From Lama guanicoe (lineage: Eukaryota), in the NCBI GenBank assembly GCA_013239625.1, contig MU054117.1, forward strand, positions 5,235,514-5,299,513: a stretch of 64,000 bases of DNA, given 5' to 3'. Under the pieces are notes generated by a model that was not told the origin of the DNA, ran no database searches, and saw only the letters and a program-made list of their open reading frames with translations. Positions 15,401 through 26,669 of the stretch are shown one piece after another. The first letter of the stretch is position 1. Each line of letters starts with the position of its first letter. A program made the position numbers and the translations under genes.

Positions 15401-16308
15401 ATGACAAAATTTTCTTCCTGTTACAGTCGTGTGTGGTTTTAATTGAAAAGGTGCCAAGTGATAAATATATAAACATCCTACCCACTTGGCCATATCTGAT
15501 TAAGATCAGAGCATGAGGCTTCAAGGTCTTCACCTGTCAGTATGTCGTGGTCTGTCTTCTGTATCTTCAGATACACAAAGAAACTTGGAGCCTCTATGAA
15601 TTTTGAGAACAGGCTGTCTCAGCAGTGATCTGGAAATGGGGCTGTTTGCTTCTGGAAATTGGAATCTACTGCGTTCATTGCAGAAACATGTTGCATTGAA
15701 CCATTCACAGCTCATATCTTTAGTATTTAGGGCATCTTTCTCCACCCACCCCAGGAATCACACGAATCTAGAATGTGAGATTAAATTCTGTTATGTCAAG
15801 CCTTGACTTGGGCTGGTCTTTTAAAACTAGTAATTTTCTTCTTGGGACCCCAAGATCCTATTTTTCAGGGCTAGAGTTGAATGATGATTCTTTCTCTTTA
15901 TTTCTTGTAAGAACAATCTTGTTCTCTCTGGAAGCATCATCCAATGACTAGCTGAAAGGGATATTTCACATATAATGAAATGCAATAAAGGGAAAGGGAT
16001 TAAGCATGTTTAAAAAGCCCTTTATTTAAAGCTATTGTGTCTATTTGTCTATGTACCTGTCTATCATCTGTCACCATCACTGTCAATCCATCATCATGTC
16101 TATCTAATCTATTTCTGTAGTGTCTATCTGTATTTCAATTTTCATTAATTTCTTTTATAGTTCAAACCATGAAACTCATGATGGTCTTCATTGAGAGACC
16201 ATCTTAAGATGTTTAAATATGAAATAGATATTAATTGCGATCTTTAAAAAACACCAAGCAATTAAATTTTACTTGACTCCAGCATCCAGGAGTTTGTCAT
16301 TCGCAGCT

Positions 16309-16324
16309 CTGCCACCTCGTGGCG
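16309..16324 (-). promoter_or_regulatory. Candidate CTCF site about 3 kb upstream of WC1 copy 1
   Basis: Minus strand CGCCACGAGGTGGCAG is a close match to the CTCF core; motif evidence only. Confidence 0.5.
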
Positions 16325-19159
16325 ATCCTATGAATTGCACACTTGCAAAGTGGAACCTCTGATGCCATTAGACAAGCAGCAGCCACATCCCGTAGAAGCT
16401 GATGTCTTCACGGCTGGACAAGTCCACTGACACAGTGAGTGGAGTACATTTTGACCTTGAACTTCCTCTGGAAAAAGTAATTGTTTAAGTATTTGAAACT
16501 CAGACGTCTAGAACCCACCAAAGACTATGTAAATGTTCACCTCTGTTTGAGCCGAGGGCCGAGCACACAGTGAGCCCGGAGGTTGGGGAAGTCAGCATAC
16601 AGGAGTCTGCTTTGCCCGAAACACCCCCACCCTAGCCACGCCGGGACGAGGGAGTGACCGAGACCTGGGATGAAAGATGGGTTTCTTTTTTCTTTTCCTC
16701 CTTCAAGAAGGTTGAGTGATTCAGAGAATAGAAAGATTTCTAGACACCACAAGTCAATATCGTAAAAAAATAATTTGGTATTTTTGCCATCTGACCAATG
16801 AAAAATTCCTTTTCTACAAATACAATAATAATTCCCATTCTGGATATCAATGACAAGTAAGTAATCTGATATGTGGACAAAATATACGGGAAAAGATTTT
16901 TAACGTAACATCAATTACATAAAAGCGAGGATGTAGGATTTTCCTTTCCATCTTCCTCCTTATCCTTATTCTTTGCTTTCTTTCCCTCTGATAACGGTTG
17001 ATAAATTATTACCATTAAGGAAGTTAACTGTTAATATGTTCTTATTTTCAAAAGGATATAGGATATCTACCAACTGCAACTTTTCATAATATAATATAAA
17101 TTTTAAATCAGAATACCATTTTTATTAATTTACAATGGGAGCTGCAACTGTCAGATGGGCTGGCTCTTACCCAAGTGTGACCAAAGCATCTTCTAACTCT
17201 AACTCCCAAGGGTGGAGGAGGGGATGGTATGAAATGATTGAAAACCTACTTAATGAACAGGGGAAGGTGGATATTTAGTTGTAAAGTTTAATGGCTTCAG
17301 GCTCTGCAAGCTGACAAACTCATCTTCCCAACAAAGATGCATGTACTTTCCAGTCCAATGGGACAATATCATATGATTTTCAGGAGAACCATCATACTGG
17401 CCAGTGAAGGCATTCTCTTTCAATAACACTGCACAAGCAACTCCACTTTTTGCCTTTGGTAGCCCTGTTATGCGTCTGGAGTGAAATGTTAGAGCTGAGA
17501 TTCCACTTAGGTGTCAGAGTGTAATAGATATGATGTTCTGAAACCTGACTACTAAACACAGAAATATATTAGACTTGGTTTGTGGCACTTGGCCCCTTTC
17601 AGCAGATTATTGCTATAAAAGGACCGTACTGTCAAAAGAGGAGGATTTTTGTGAAGGAGGATTCGGGCACCTTCCTTGCTGAGTGCTGAAGCCAGAGATT
17701 TTTCATCACGGTACCCAGTCCAGGGCAGGCAACCTCTGCCCAAAAGGAACTCCAATCCCCAGTCCCCTCAGAGAAACCTGAGGCTGGACGGCGAGGTTAG
17801 AAGGTGGCCTTGCAGGGAGAGCCAGCCTGCGGCCTGGCCTCCTCTGTCCCTATTCCCAGGCCTCCCAAAGCCAGGTCCCGGCCTATGAGAGGCTGCTGCA
17901 GCCCTGCCTGTGTGTCTCTGTTTCCTATAAACCAGCATCGCTCAAACCTTGACGTGCTTAAGAATAATCCTGAAAGTTTGTGACACAGACTCTGAGTTAC
18001 TAGGCCTGGGTTTGGCCTGAGAACGTTCATTTCTAACGAGCTCCAGGGCAATGCGAATGCTGTGGGAGGAGCGTACTTTGAGGAGCCCTGGTCTAAGCTG
18101 CACCCTGACTTCCGCAGGAAACAGCAGGCCCCCATCACCCCCAGGCCCAGAGTTGCTCACTGGCTGTCCTCTCTGGGGAGGAAGACTTGGGAAGGGGCTG
18201 ATGCAGGTTTTGAAACAGGCTGGGCTCCATTTGGGCAGGGAATTCCTGGTTCTGAGAAGGCAGGGGTGGTCTAGAAGGGGGAAGGCATGGACTCTGTGTG
18301 GGCATGCCGCTCCGCCCTGGACCCCTCTCCCTGCTTAAGGGGCTGGCTGGGCGACCTCTAATGTGCAGGGCCCAGGGCTGGAGCCTCTTGGACTGAGTCT
18401 ATGGGAAGCTCCCCCTGGACATACTGCAATCACCACATGGAGCCTGTGTTTTGCAGGAAGAAAAATGGTAAAGCCAACTGGCTCAGGCCCCTGAGCCCCA
18501 GCCCGGCCCCTAGGGCAGGACTGCTGGCCTGGGCAGCTGCAGAGAGGGAGGAGATCGGGTCTGAAAATACTCTGTAGACTGCACCCCCATCTCATCCTGG
18601 AAAGGGAGCATGTACCCCAGGGGACATGTGAGTACTGGACAGAGTGGCCCTACGAGTTGAGAAAGATCCCTGATGGGGAAACGTTATGTTCTGTCAAAGC
18701 CCCTTGTTCTCTTGAGCCCCTCTGTTCCCCAGGACCCAGCCTCCAGATCATTCTGAGAAGTGGGGAAAGACCAACACCCTCACCTGCCCAAAGTGGTGGT
18801 TCCCACCTCATCCCCTCCATGTTCACCTGTGATCTCCTGTGCTCCTGGTCCTCATTTTCTGCTGGCCTGATAATTATTCTTGTATTTCAAGCCTTCATGT
18901 GCTTTTCTGGCTATGAGCTCAGTCACAGGGATGAACAGTGCTTGATTCCACACGCCAACCGATTCCCACAACCTGACCCTGAGACATCTCACAGTCTGCG
19001 GTGATCAGCCAGGACGATCGGGGGAGAGAAAGCCACACATGCTTGTTGATGCAGCTTTTCTATGCCAGCCCCGGTCCCGGGGGCCTGATTCTCAGGGACC
19101 TACAGAAGCATAAGGGCAAAGGACCGTGTTGCTCTTATAAGGAGATGTTGAAGAGTCAG

Positions 19160-19327
19160 AAGCTAATTGGTGAGATGAAGCCTCCGATAGCATCTGAAAT
19201 GGTAAAAGGTGCCTCTATTGGCTGTCAGGAGGGAGGATGTGAGGGGATGGCTCTACATAGACCTGTGTTGGTGCCCTGATACCTCCTCGCAGGGGTATTT
19301 TGCAGCTGGGACTGTGCTGTTGATGAC
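19160..19327 (+). promoter_or_regulatory. Putative proximal promoter and 5' UTR of WC1 copy 1
   Basis: Two reverse CCAAT boxes (ATTGG at ~19166 and 19217-19221) and TACATAGA at 19254-19261, where copy 2 has TATATAGA. Confidence 0.45.
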
Positions 19328-19412
19328 ATGCGGGTCAAGATAGCTCTGAACGGACAGCTCTCCCTTCAGGGACTCTGTTTTCTCCACCTCAGCATTATGG
19401 TTGGGGGTCAAG
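19328..19412 (+). CDS. WC1: WC1 copy 1 exon 1, signal peptide
   Basis: MRVKIALNGQLSLQGLCFLHLSIMVGGQ G|gtaagt; resembles the WC1 leader MAL...LSL.GLC.L....MVGGQ. Confidence 0.85.
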
Positions 19413-21744
19413 GTAAGTGTGTTCCCCCTTTCCTGGATCAACAGCAGGGAGGTGGACACCTTGGTGAAGGGAGGGGTTCCTGGAGCTGTGGCGCTGAAGC
19501 CCCAGTTTAGACCGTGTGCTTTTGACCAAGAAAGAACCACGCTGACTGTGCATATTGCTTCTTCTCCCGTGGAGGGTCGATTGGTCATAGCAGCAGGTTA
19601 TACAGAGAAATGAATTTGGTCTGGACTGAGGTGGGTCAGTTTCAGTCCCCTCCACTGTCTCCCTTGTTTTCAGGGAGCATCTGCTGAGTCCCCGTGGCCC
19701 CCAGTGTGTGAAGGTCCAGCGAGTGACCTCAGCTGGGACTCCGGGCTGTTCCCCACACACTCCTGCTCTGTAGGGGACTGCCCCGTGGGATTTCCATGTT
19801 TGTGCATTTGTGCTCCCTTAGGCTCTGTGCTTGTGCGTGTGTGTGTGTGTCTGTGTCTGTGTGTAGGGTGTGTGAGGTGTGTGAGAGGAACGGGGCTGCC
19901 GAGAAGGGACTGAGTCAGTTGGTCTGTGAAACACCCAGAGTCCCCACTGTTGGGTGTCATGTCAGCTGCATGTACCCAGATCGTAGATAATCTCGCACCT
20001 GCCTGCCCCTCTCTGGTTCCTCTCCTTCACCCCCACGGCCTCCCCTCTGCTTGTCGAGTGCCTGCCCAGCACTGGCTCTGGGAGGGGTCCTGCCTCCCAG
20101 CCTCACTTACTCCTTCCAGGGTCCCTTGTAGGTCAGAGGACCCTGCAGCCAATGGTGGGGACGTCTTGTTTATAGAGATTAGCTGATGCACAACCCCACT
20201 TATGTACAGTTTCTCGAGTCCCTGCCCCGGTGCCCGGGGACTGTGTCCTGCTGTGCTGGACTGGTCCTTTCCACTCCCCAGGATCCATTGTGAGTCCTGT
20301 AGGTGCATTTCCTCTCATGCCCTCTTTTTTCTCTCCTTGTGAGTGGGTTTCCACTGAGCGAGTGGACAGCAGGCATCTGGTTAGTGCTGTTGAAAATCTA
20401 GTCTTCAGCCTGGAGGATGTGGCTCTTCCAGGTTTGGGTGCTGGACCAGCTGAGACCACATACACACCTGTCTCCTCTCAGTGCTCATTATCGTCCCTTA
20501 AACCTCAGTTCTCTTGGTCCCATAATTCTGCTTGGGAAACCCCATCTCCCCAAGTGTCTGCTCCGCCAGTGTTGACCAGATGCTCGTGAAGATTACCCTC
20601 CTGATGGCTCTCACATGCAGAGGTGGGTTTTGGTCCCATGAAACGGGGGTGGGGGGGGGTAATGAGTGCTCTGATACCAAGTCCCCGCCTCTTCCTCGGA
20701 AAACTGTAGGCAGTTTCCGCAGCAGTTCCTTGAGGAGCAGGAACATTTCACTGAAGCCAGCCCTGTGTTCATTTTCTTCAAAACAACACCGTTCAGATTT
20801 ATTCTACGAAAAATTTATTCTTCAGCTTCATACAGCAGTGGACTTGCTCCTTGTGAGATGGTTGTCCTCGTCTCTCTGAACATTGGATGATCTGAGGTGG
20901 GCGCACATGACAGGGATCTCCACCGTGAAACCCACGATGGGCACTGGCAAAAAATTACCCCTCCAAGCACAATGTGCAACACTAGACACAATAACATTGA
21001 CCCTCAACATTGGATAATTCAGGATATATTATTTTGTAACTTGTCCCTAAAATCAATAATATATTTTACGCATTTTTCTCTGCCACTAGCTATTCTTTTA
21101 AACACTAATGCATTTTATTGTAGTATTACAAAAATGTAGGATATTACAGGGATAATATTGAAATTTTTAATTGCCTCCAATTATTATTTTATGAATGAAA
21201 CTCAATATGCTCAACTAATCATGCTGTGCTGAGCATTTTTGTTTTGAATTTTTTTGCTATTGTGGCAAAATCTGCTCTGAACTTCCCTGTAGTTAAATGT
21301 AAGCACCATCCAAGAGTGTTTCTCTTAATCACATTCTAAGATTGGAATTACTGGTTTATAGGCTAGGAATACTTTTAAGGCTTTTGACCCAGAGACTAAT
21401 GTCTGTGAGAAATGTTTGCCCTGAATTTTATTAGCTCTATTCTGTATCAGAATGTTAGTTTCCACATACCTTTCCCAGCTTCATCTTTTTATCAAGCTTT
21501 TGCACCTTGGTAGTTTTGCAGGCAAAAGCTGGCATATATTAGCCAATTTAATCCTTCATTTGTGAATGACTTGCTCATGACATTTGTCCTTTATAACTGG
21601 GGACGTTTGCCATTCTTGTCATGATTCCTATTGTGGCTCCTTCTACTATGACTGCTGCTGCCGCCGCCCCCCAGACCCCACACCGCATTCCCTCACGCGG
21701 GCTCATCTCAGCGCCCAGCAAGGCTACAAGGCAGAATATATGTA

Positions 21745-21880
21745 TCTTGAAAAGCGGATCAGAAAACTGAGGGAAAGCAAAGTGAAACCCCTTGCCTAAG
21801 GTGAGACAGGCGGAAGCAGTAGAGGCAAGGTTTGAACCCAGGCAGTTTGGGTCCAGAGTCCTTGTCCCTGTGAACAGTTC
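21745..21880 (-). mobile_element. MIR-like SINE in intron 1 (paralogous copy at ~57420-57545)
   Basis: gaaaactgaggg...gtgaaaccccttgcctaaggtgagacag...ggtttgaacccaggcagtttgggtccagagtcc. Confidence 0.6.
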
Positions 21881-22779
21881 CATTTGTTAAGCTGACAACG
21901 TTTCCCTCAGCTGATTGGTTTCATTTTACCTTTTCTCTGTTTTTAGATCCATGGAAGTTTCTAATATTAACTGTCTATAAAAATTTCCCTTTTATGTTTC
22001 TGCTTTCGAAGCTTCATTAGGAATTTTCTTTTCCATTTCAATTTAAATAAATTATTGTTATCTGTTGTATACATATATTTAAATATATTACAACACTAAT
22101 AACTGTGTAAGTTATTTTATATAGGTTATGAAGTTATATCTAACTTTACTTTGTTTTTACTATGTAATTCCTGACTTATGTCTTTTTGTTTTCTCACTGA
22201 TTTCAATGCCGCATAAAGAAACATGCTAAATGACACAATGGCATTTTCCAATCCTGCTTTTTGGAATTTATTTAGACTTTCATTCCACAAGTGTTCACCG
22301 ATTTACAGATTGCCTCATGGGGTATTGAATTCCTAGCCTTTGCAGTTCACTAGGTGCTGAGGCCCCAGTGGTGATGAGTGAAGTGCTCCCTGGCCTGTAA
22401 AGCTAGTGAGGCTGGGCACCAAGACAAGAATTTGGAATAAACTCTGACAAGTGCCATTAGCAGGGACACCAGCAGCGTTTCTGAATCTAGCTGGGAGAAG
22501 CCAAGAAGCCTTCCTTAAAGTACAATTTAAGCGGAGGCCATGCATTCTGGAAATGAAGTTGTTTACTATTTACAATGTATGGTATCGTTAATAGTGTCTA
22601 ATATATAAACCCATGTTTGCACACATGTTTCCTATAGGTCACTTTTATACAACATGATTTATTTTAAATAGTTTATTTCAACAATCAAATGCTGAGGCAT
22701 ATACACTAAGCCCCCATAACTGTTATTCTGTCATGTTTTCCTTGTATTTGCAAAAGCTTTGTCCTATATGTATATATTT

Positions 22780-25620
22780 TCTATTTTACAGCTTTATTGA
22801 AATACAATTTGTACATAATATTGTGTAAGTTGCATAATGTGATGATTTGAAATAGATGTATATTATGGAATGATATCTATCATATCACAGAGCTAGCTTT
22901 TTGTGTGAATTATGAGAACCTTTAAGATTGACTTTATTAGTAACATTCAAGTATAGAAGCCCATATTATGAACCTTAGTCACGTGCACATTACATCCCCA
23001 GAACTTATTATGTTATAGGTAGAAGTTAGTGCCGTGTAACCACTTTCACCCATTTTCCCCTCCACCAACCCTGCCCAGGCACCACCCATATACTCTGTTT
23101 CTATGAGTTCAGCTTCTTTTGGATTCCACACACAGATAAGGGAGATCAAACAGTATTTGTTTTTCTCTGTCTTGCTTATTTCATTTAGCATAAGGCCCTC
23201 AAGGTCCATCCATGTTGTCCCAAAGGCACAATTTCCTTCATTTTTACATGTATATCCATACCACCTACGCCTGTGTATACCTGTATCTAAATCTACAGAT
23301 ATACCTAGAAATCTCTCTCTATACGCCAAGTATTTTTCACATTTTCTTCATCCTTATAATTGTCAATGAGCAATTAGGTTGTTTCCATTTCTTGGCTATT
23401 GTGAATAATGCTGCCGACCATGGGGGTGCAGGTTTCTCTTCAAGATCATGATTTCATTTTTTAAGGTATATACCCGATGTGGAAGTTCTAGATCACATGG
23501 TTGTTCTATTTTTTATTTTTTGAGAAATGTCCATACTTTTTTCCACAGAGGCTGTACCAATTTATATTCTCACCAACAGTGTACAAATTTCCCCTTTTCT
23601 CCACATGCTTGCCAACCACTGTTATCTGTTGTCTTTTTGACAAGAGCCATTGTAAGAGGGGTGAGGTGATAGCTCGTGGTTTTGATTTGCTTTTTCCTGA
23701 TAGTGAAGTTGAGCATGTTTTCATGTACCTGTTGGCCATTTTTTTATCTTCTTTGGGAAAAATGTGTATTTATATCCTTTGCCTATTTTAAAATCAGATT
23801 ATTTGTGTCTGTGTGTGTGTTTTTGCCGTTGACTCACGAGTTTCTCATATATATTGGATATTAACCTCTCTCAGACATGTAATTTGTAAGTAGTTTTTTC
23901 CATTCCGTAGGTTGTCTTTTTATTTTGTGGATAGTTCCTTTTGCTCCACAGGAATTATTTAGTTTGATGTGGTCTCACTGTTTGTTTTGATTGTGTTGCT
24001 TGTGCTTTAGGTGTCATATCCAAAAAATTATTGACAAGACCCACGTGAAGAAATTTTTTTCCTAAGAGTTTTATAGTTTCAGGTCTTACAAGGATTCGAG
24101 TCTTTAGTGCATTTTGAGTTAACTTCGGGAGTAGTGTAAGATAGGGGTTCCAGTTGCATTCTTTTGCATGTAAATATCAGTTTTCCCAACACCATTGATT
24201 AGAAAGACAACCTTTTTCCATTGAGTATTCTTGGCTTGCTAGCCAGACATTTGTTGACCATATGTGCACGGGTTAATTTCTGAGCCCTCATTCTCTGCTG
24301 TTGGTCTGTGTGTCTATTTTCATATCTTTGCTCCATGGTTTGATTACTATAGTCAACAATAGTCATATAGTTAGGAATCACAAATCCAGCTTGGTTTTTG
24401 TTGTTGTTGTTTTCTCAAACATTGCCTTGACTATGTGAGGTCTTTCGTGGTTTGCAATGAATTTTAGTACTTTTTTTCTATTTCTGTGGAAAAGCCATTG
24501 GTCTTAATAATTTTACAAGAGGTGAAAGATCTTATAAAAAGTATAAGACTGATGGAAGAAATTGAGGAAGACACAAATCAATGGAAAGCTATCCCATGTT
24601 CATGAATTAGAAGATTTAATATTGTTAAAATATGCATCCCACCCAAAGCCATCTGTAAGTTCAATGTAATTCTTATCAAGTATTTTATTGCTCTTGATAT
24701 AATTTTAATGAGATTATCCTCTTAATTTTTTTCCAGTGTTTCACTGTTAATGTATAGAAGTGCAAATGGTTTTTGTACGTTGATTTTGTCTCATACGACT
24801 TTGCTTAATTTGTCTATATGTTCTAACAGTTTTTATCTTAGTTGGAGTATGAAGGTTTTCTACATATACCATCATGTCATCTACAGAGAGAATGTTAATT
24901 CTTCCCTTTCAATCTGTATGTTTTTATTTCTTTTTTTGCTTAATTGCTCTGGCTGAGACTTCCAGTACTATAAGAATGGAGTAAGAATGGAATAAGAGTA
25001 GGCACACTTGTCTCATTTCTGATCTTAGAGGAAAAGCTTTCAACCTTTCGCCATTGAGTGTGATGTTAACTCTGAGCTTCTCATATATGGTTTATATTAT
25101 GCTGAGGTCTTATACTTTTTTACCTAATTTTTTGAGAGGTTTTTAAATTTAATTATATTAAAATTTGTCAGATGTTTTCCCCTGCATCTATTGAGATGAT
25201 CATGAATTTTATCTTTCATTCTATTAATATAGTGTATCTCATATATTGACTTGCATGCTTAACCATCCTTGCATCCTAAGAATTAATCTCATTTGATCAT
25301 GGTGTTTAATACTTTTAATGTGGTGTTGAATTCAGTTGGCTAAATTTGTTGAAAAATTTTGCATTTATATTCATCAAGGACATTGGCTTATAACTTTCTT
25401 TCCTTGGAGTGTCCTTACATGGCTATGGTCTCAGGTTAATGCTGGCCATGTAAAATGACTTTGGAAGTGTCCGTTCTTCAGTCTTTGGAATAGTTTACAA
25501 AGTATAAGTATTATTTCCTCTTAAATATTGGGTAGAATTCACCATGGAAACACCTATTCCTGGCCTTTTCTTTTCTTGGGAGATGTCTAAGCACTGATTC
25601 AATCTCTTTCCTCATTATTG
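22780..25620 (-). mobile_element. LINE-1 3' portion in WC1 copy 1 intron 1
   Basis: Minus-strand L1 ORF2-like peptides (TTWMDLEGLMLNEISKTEKNKYCLISLI; MANRYMKTCSTSL); shared with copy 2. Confidence 0.85.
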
Positions 25621-25629
25621 AGCTCTTTC

Positions 25630-25925
25630 AGTTTGCTGAGGCCTCCCTTAGTCCCTTGTCATGCGGATCTCTCCACACACAGCTGACAACGTGTTAGCTG
25701 GCTTCATCAGAGCAAGAGAGAGAGCAAGATAGGGCAACAAGGGAGAAAGCAGAGTCGTCTTAAAAGCTAATCTCTTAAGTGACAACTCTTTACTTTTGCC
25801 AGATCCCATTTCTTAGATACATGTTATGAGGTACAGTCAAGTGTAGGGGGTCACACAGGGACATGGATACCCAGAGGAAGGCATACGAGGGATGTTTTAG
25901 CGGCAGCTTATCACAGTCCTCTGTT
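25630..25925. mobile_element. MaLR (MLT1-like) LTR fragment, also present in copy 2 at ~61140-61450
   Basis: cccttgtcatgcggatctctcca...gctggcttcatcagagcaag...acacagggacatggatacccagagg; family from recall. Confidence 0.5.
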
Positions 25926-26348
25926 CCTAAGCTACATGCCACGGATGGGACAGAGAAAGAGAGGGAAGCTTTCTCCCTGGCATCATGGGCCGTGAGCTGT
26001 AACTGAGACAGGGGGTCTGGGCCCCTGGTGGTCTTGGGCATGTCTCCTAGGAGGGCAGCATCCAGAGTCCTCTGATGGCCTGTCCTCGATGGTGTCCCTG
26101 GAGCTGGGCTCTACAGGCTTGAGAGAAATAATTGAGTGCATCCCTTCCCAGCTTCGTGTTCAGTGATGCCACACTGGTAGCTTAGAAATGAGCACTGTGG
26201 GAATATTTGCACCATAGAAATTAACAAATCCTATAGACCAGGCATTTTTTTTCCCCTCAGAGAGCTCTTTTTAAAATATTTGTACCACCGCATTGTCTCC
26301 TAAAATCTCTCCTGTGTCTTGTGTTCTATGTCTGTGTCTCTCTTGCAG

Positions 26349-26669
26349 CTCTGGAGCTGAGGCTGATGGATGGAGGCCACCGCTGTGAGGGGAGAGTGGA
26401 AGTGAAGCACCATGGAATATGGGGCACCGTGAACGGTTACCTCTGGGGCTTGCAGGATGCAGCTGTGGTGTGCAGACAGCTGGGATGCGGAGATGCTGTT
26501 GATGCTCCCACAGGGTCGTATTTTGGACCAGGGGTTGGCCCCATTTGGCTTCTCAGTGTTTCCTGTGTAGGCACAGAATCAGCTCTCAGTGACTGTTCTC
26601 ACAATCCTATTAGAGACTACAGTAAGGCCAGCTTTTCCCACAATTGGGATGCTGGAGCAGTCTGCTCAG
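26349..26669 (+). CDS. WC1: WC1 copy 1 exon 2, SRCR domain a1
   Basis: ALELRLMDGGHRCEGRVEVKHHGIWGTVNGYLW...HNWDAGAVCS; six Cys and no Cys after WGTV, the WC1 a1 pattern; 321 bp, phase 1-1. Confidence 0.95.

Noticed and set aside
20532..20879. 115-aa ORF also open in copy 2 (56215-56553)
   Set aside because: Shared only because intron 1 is recently homogenised; no ATG at the listed start, no domain and no convincing splice sites
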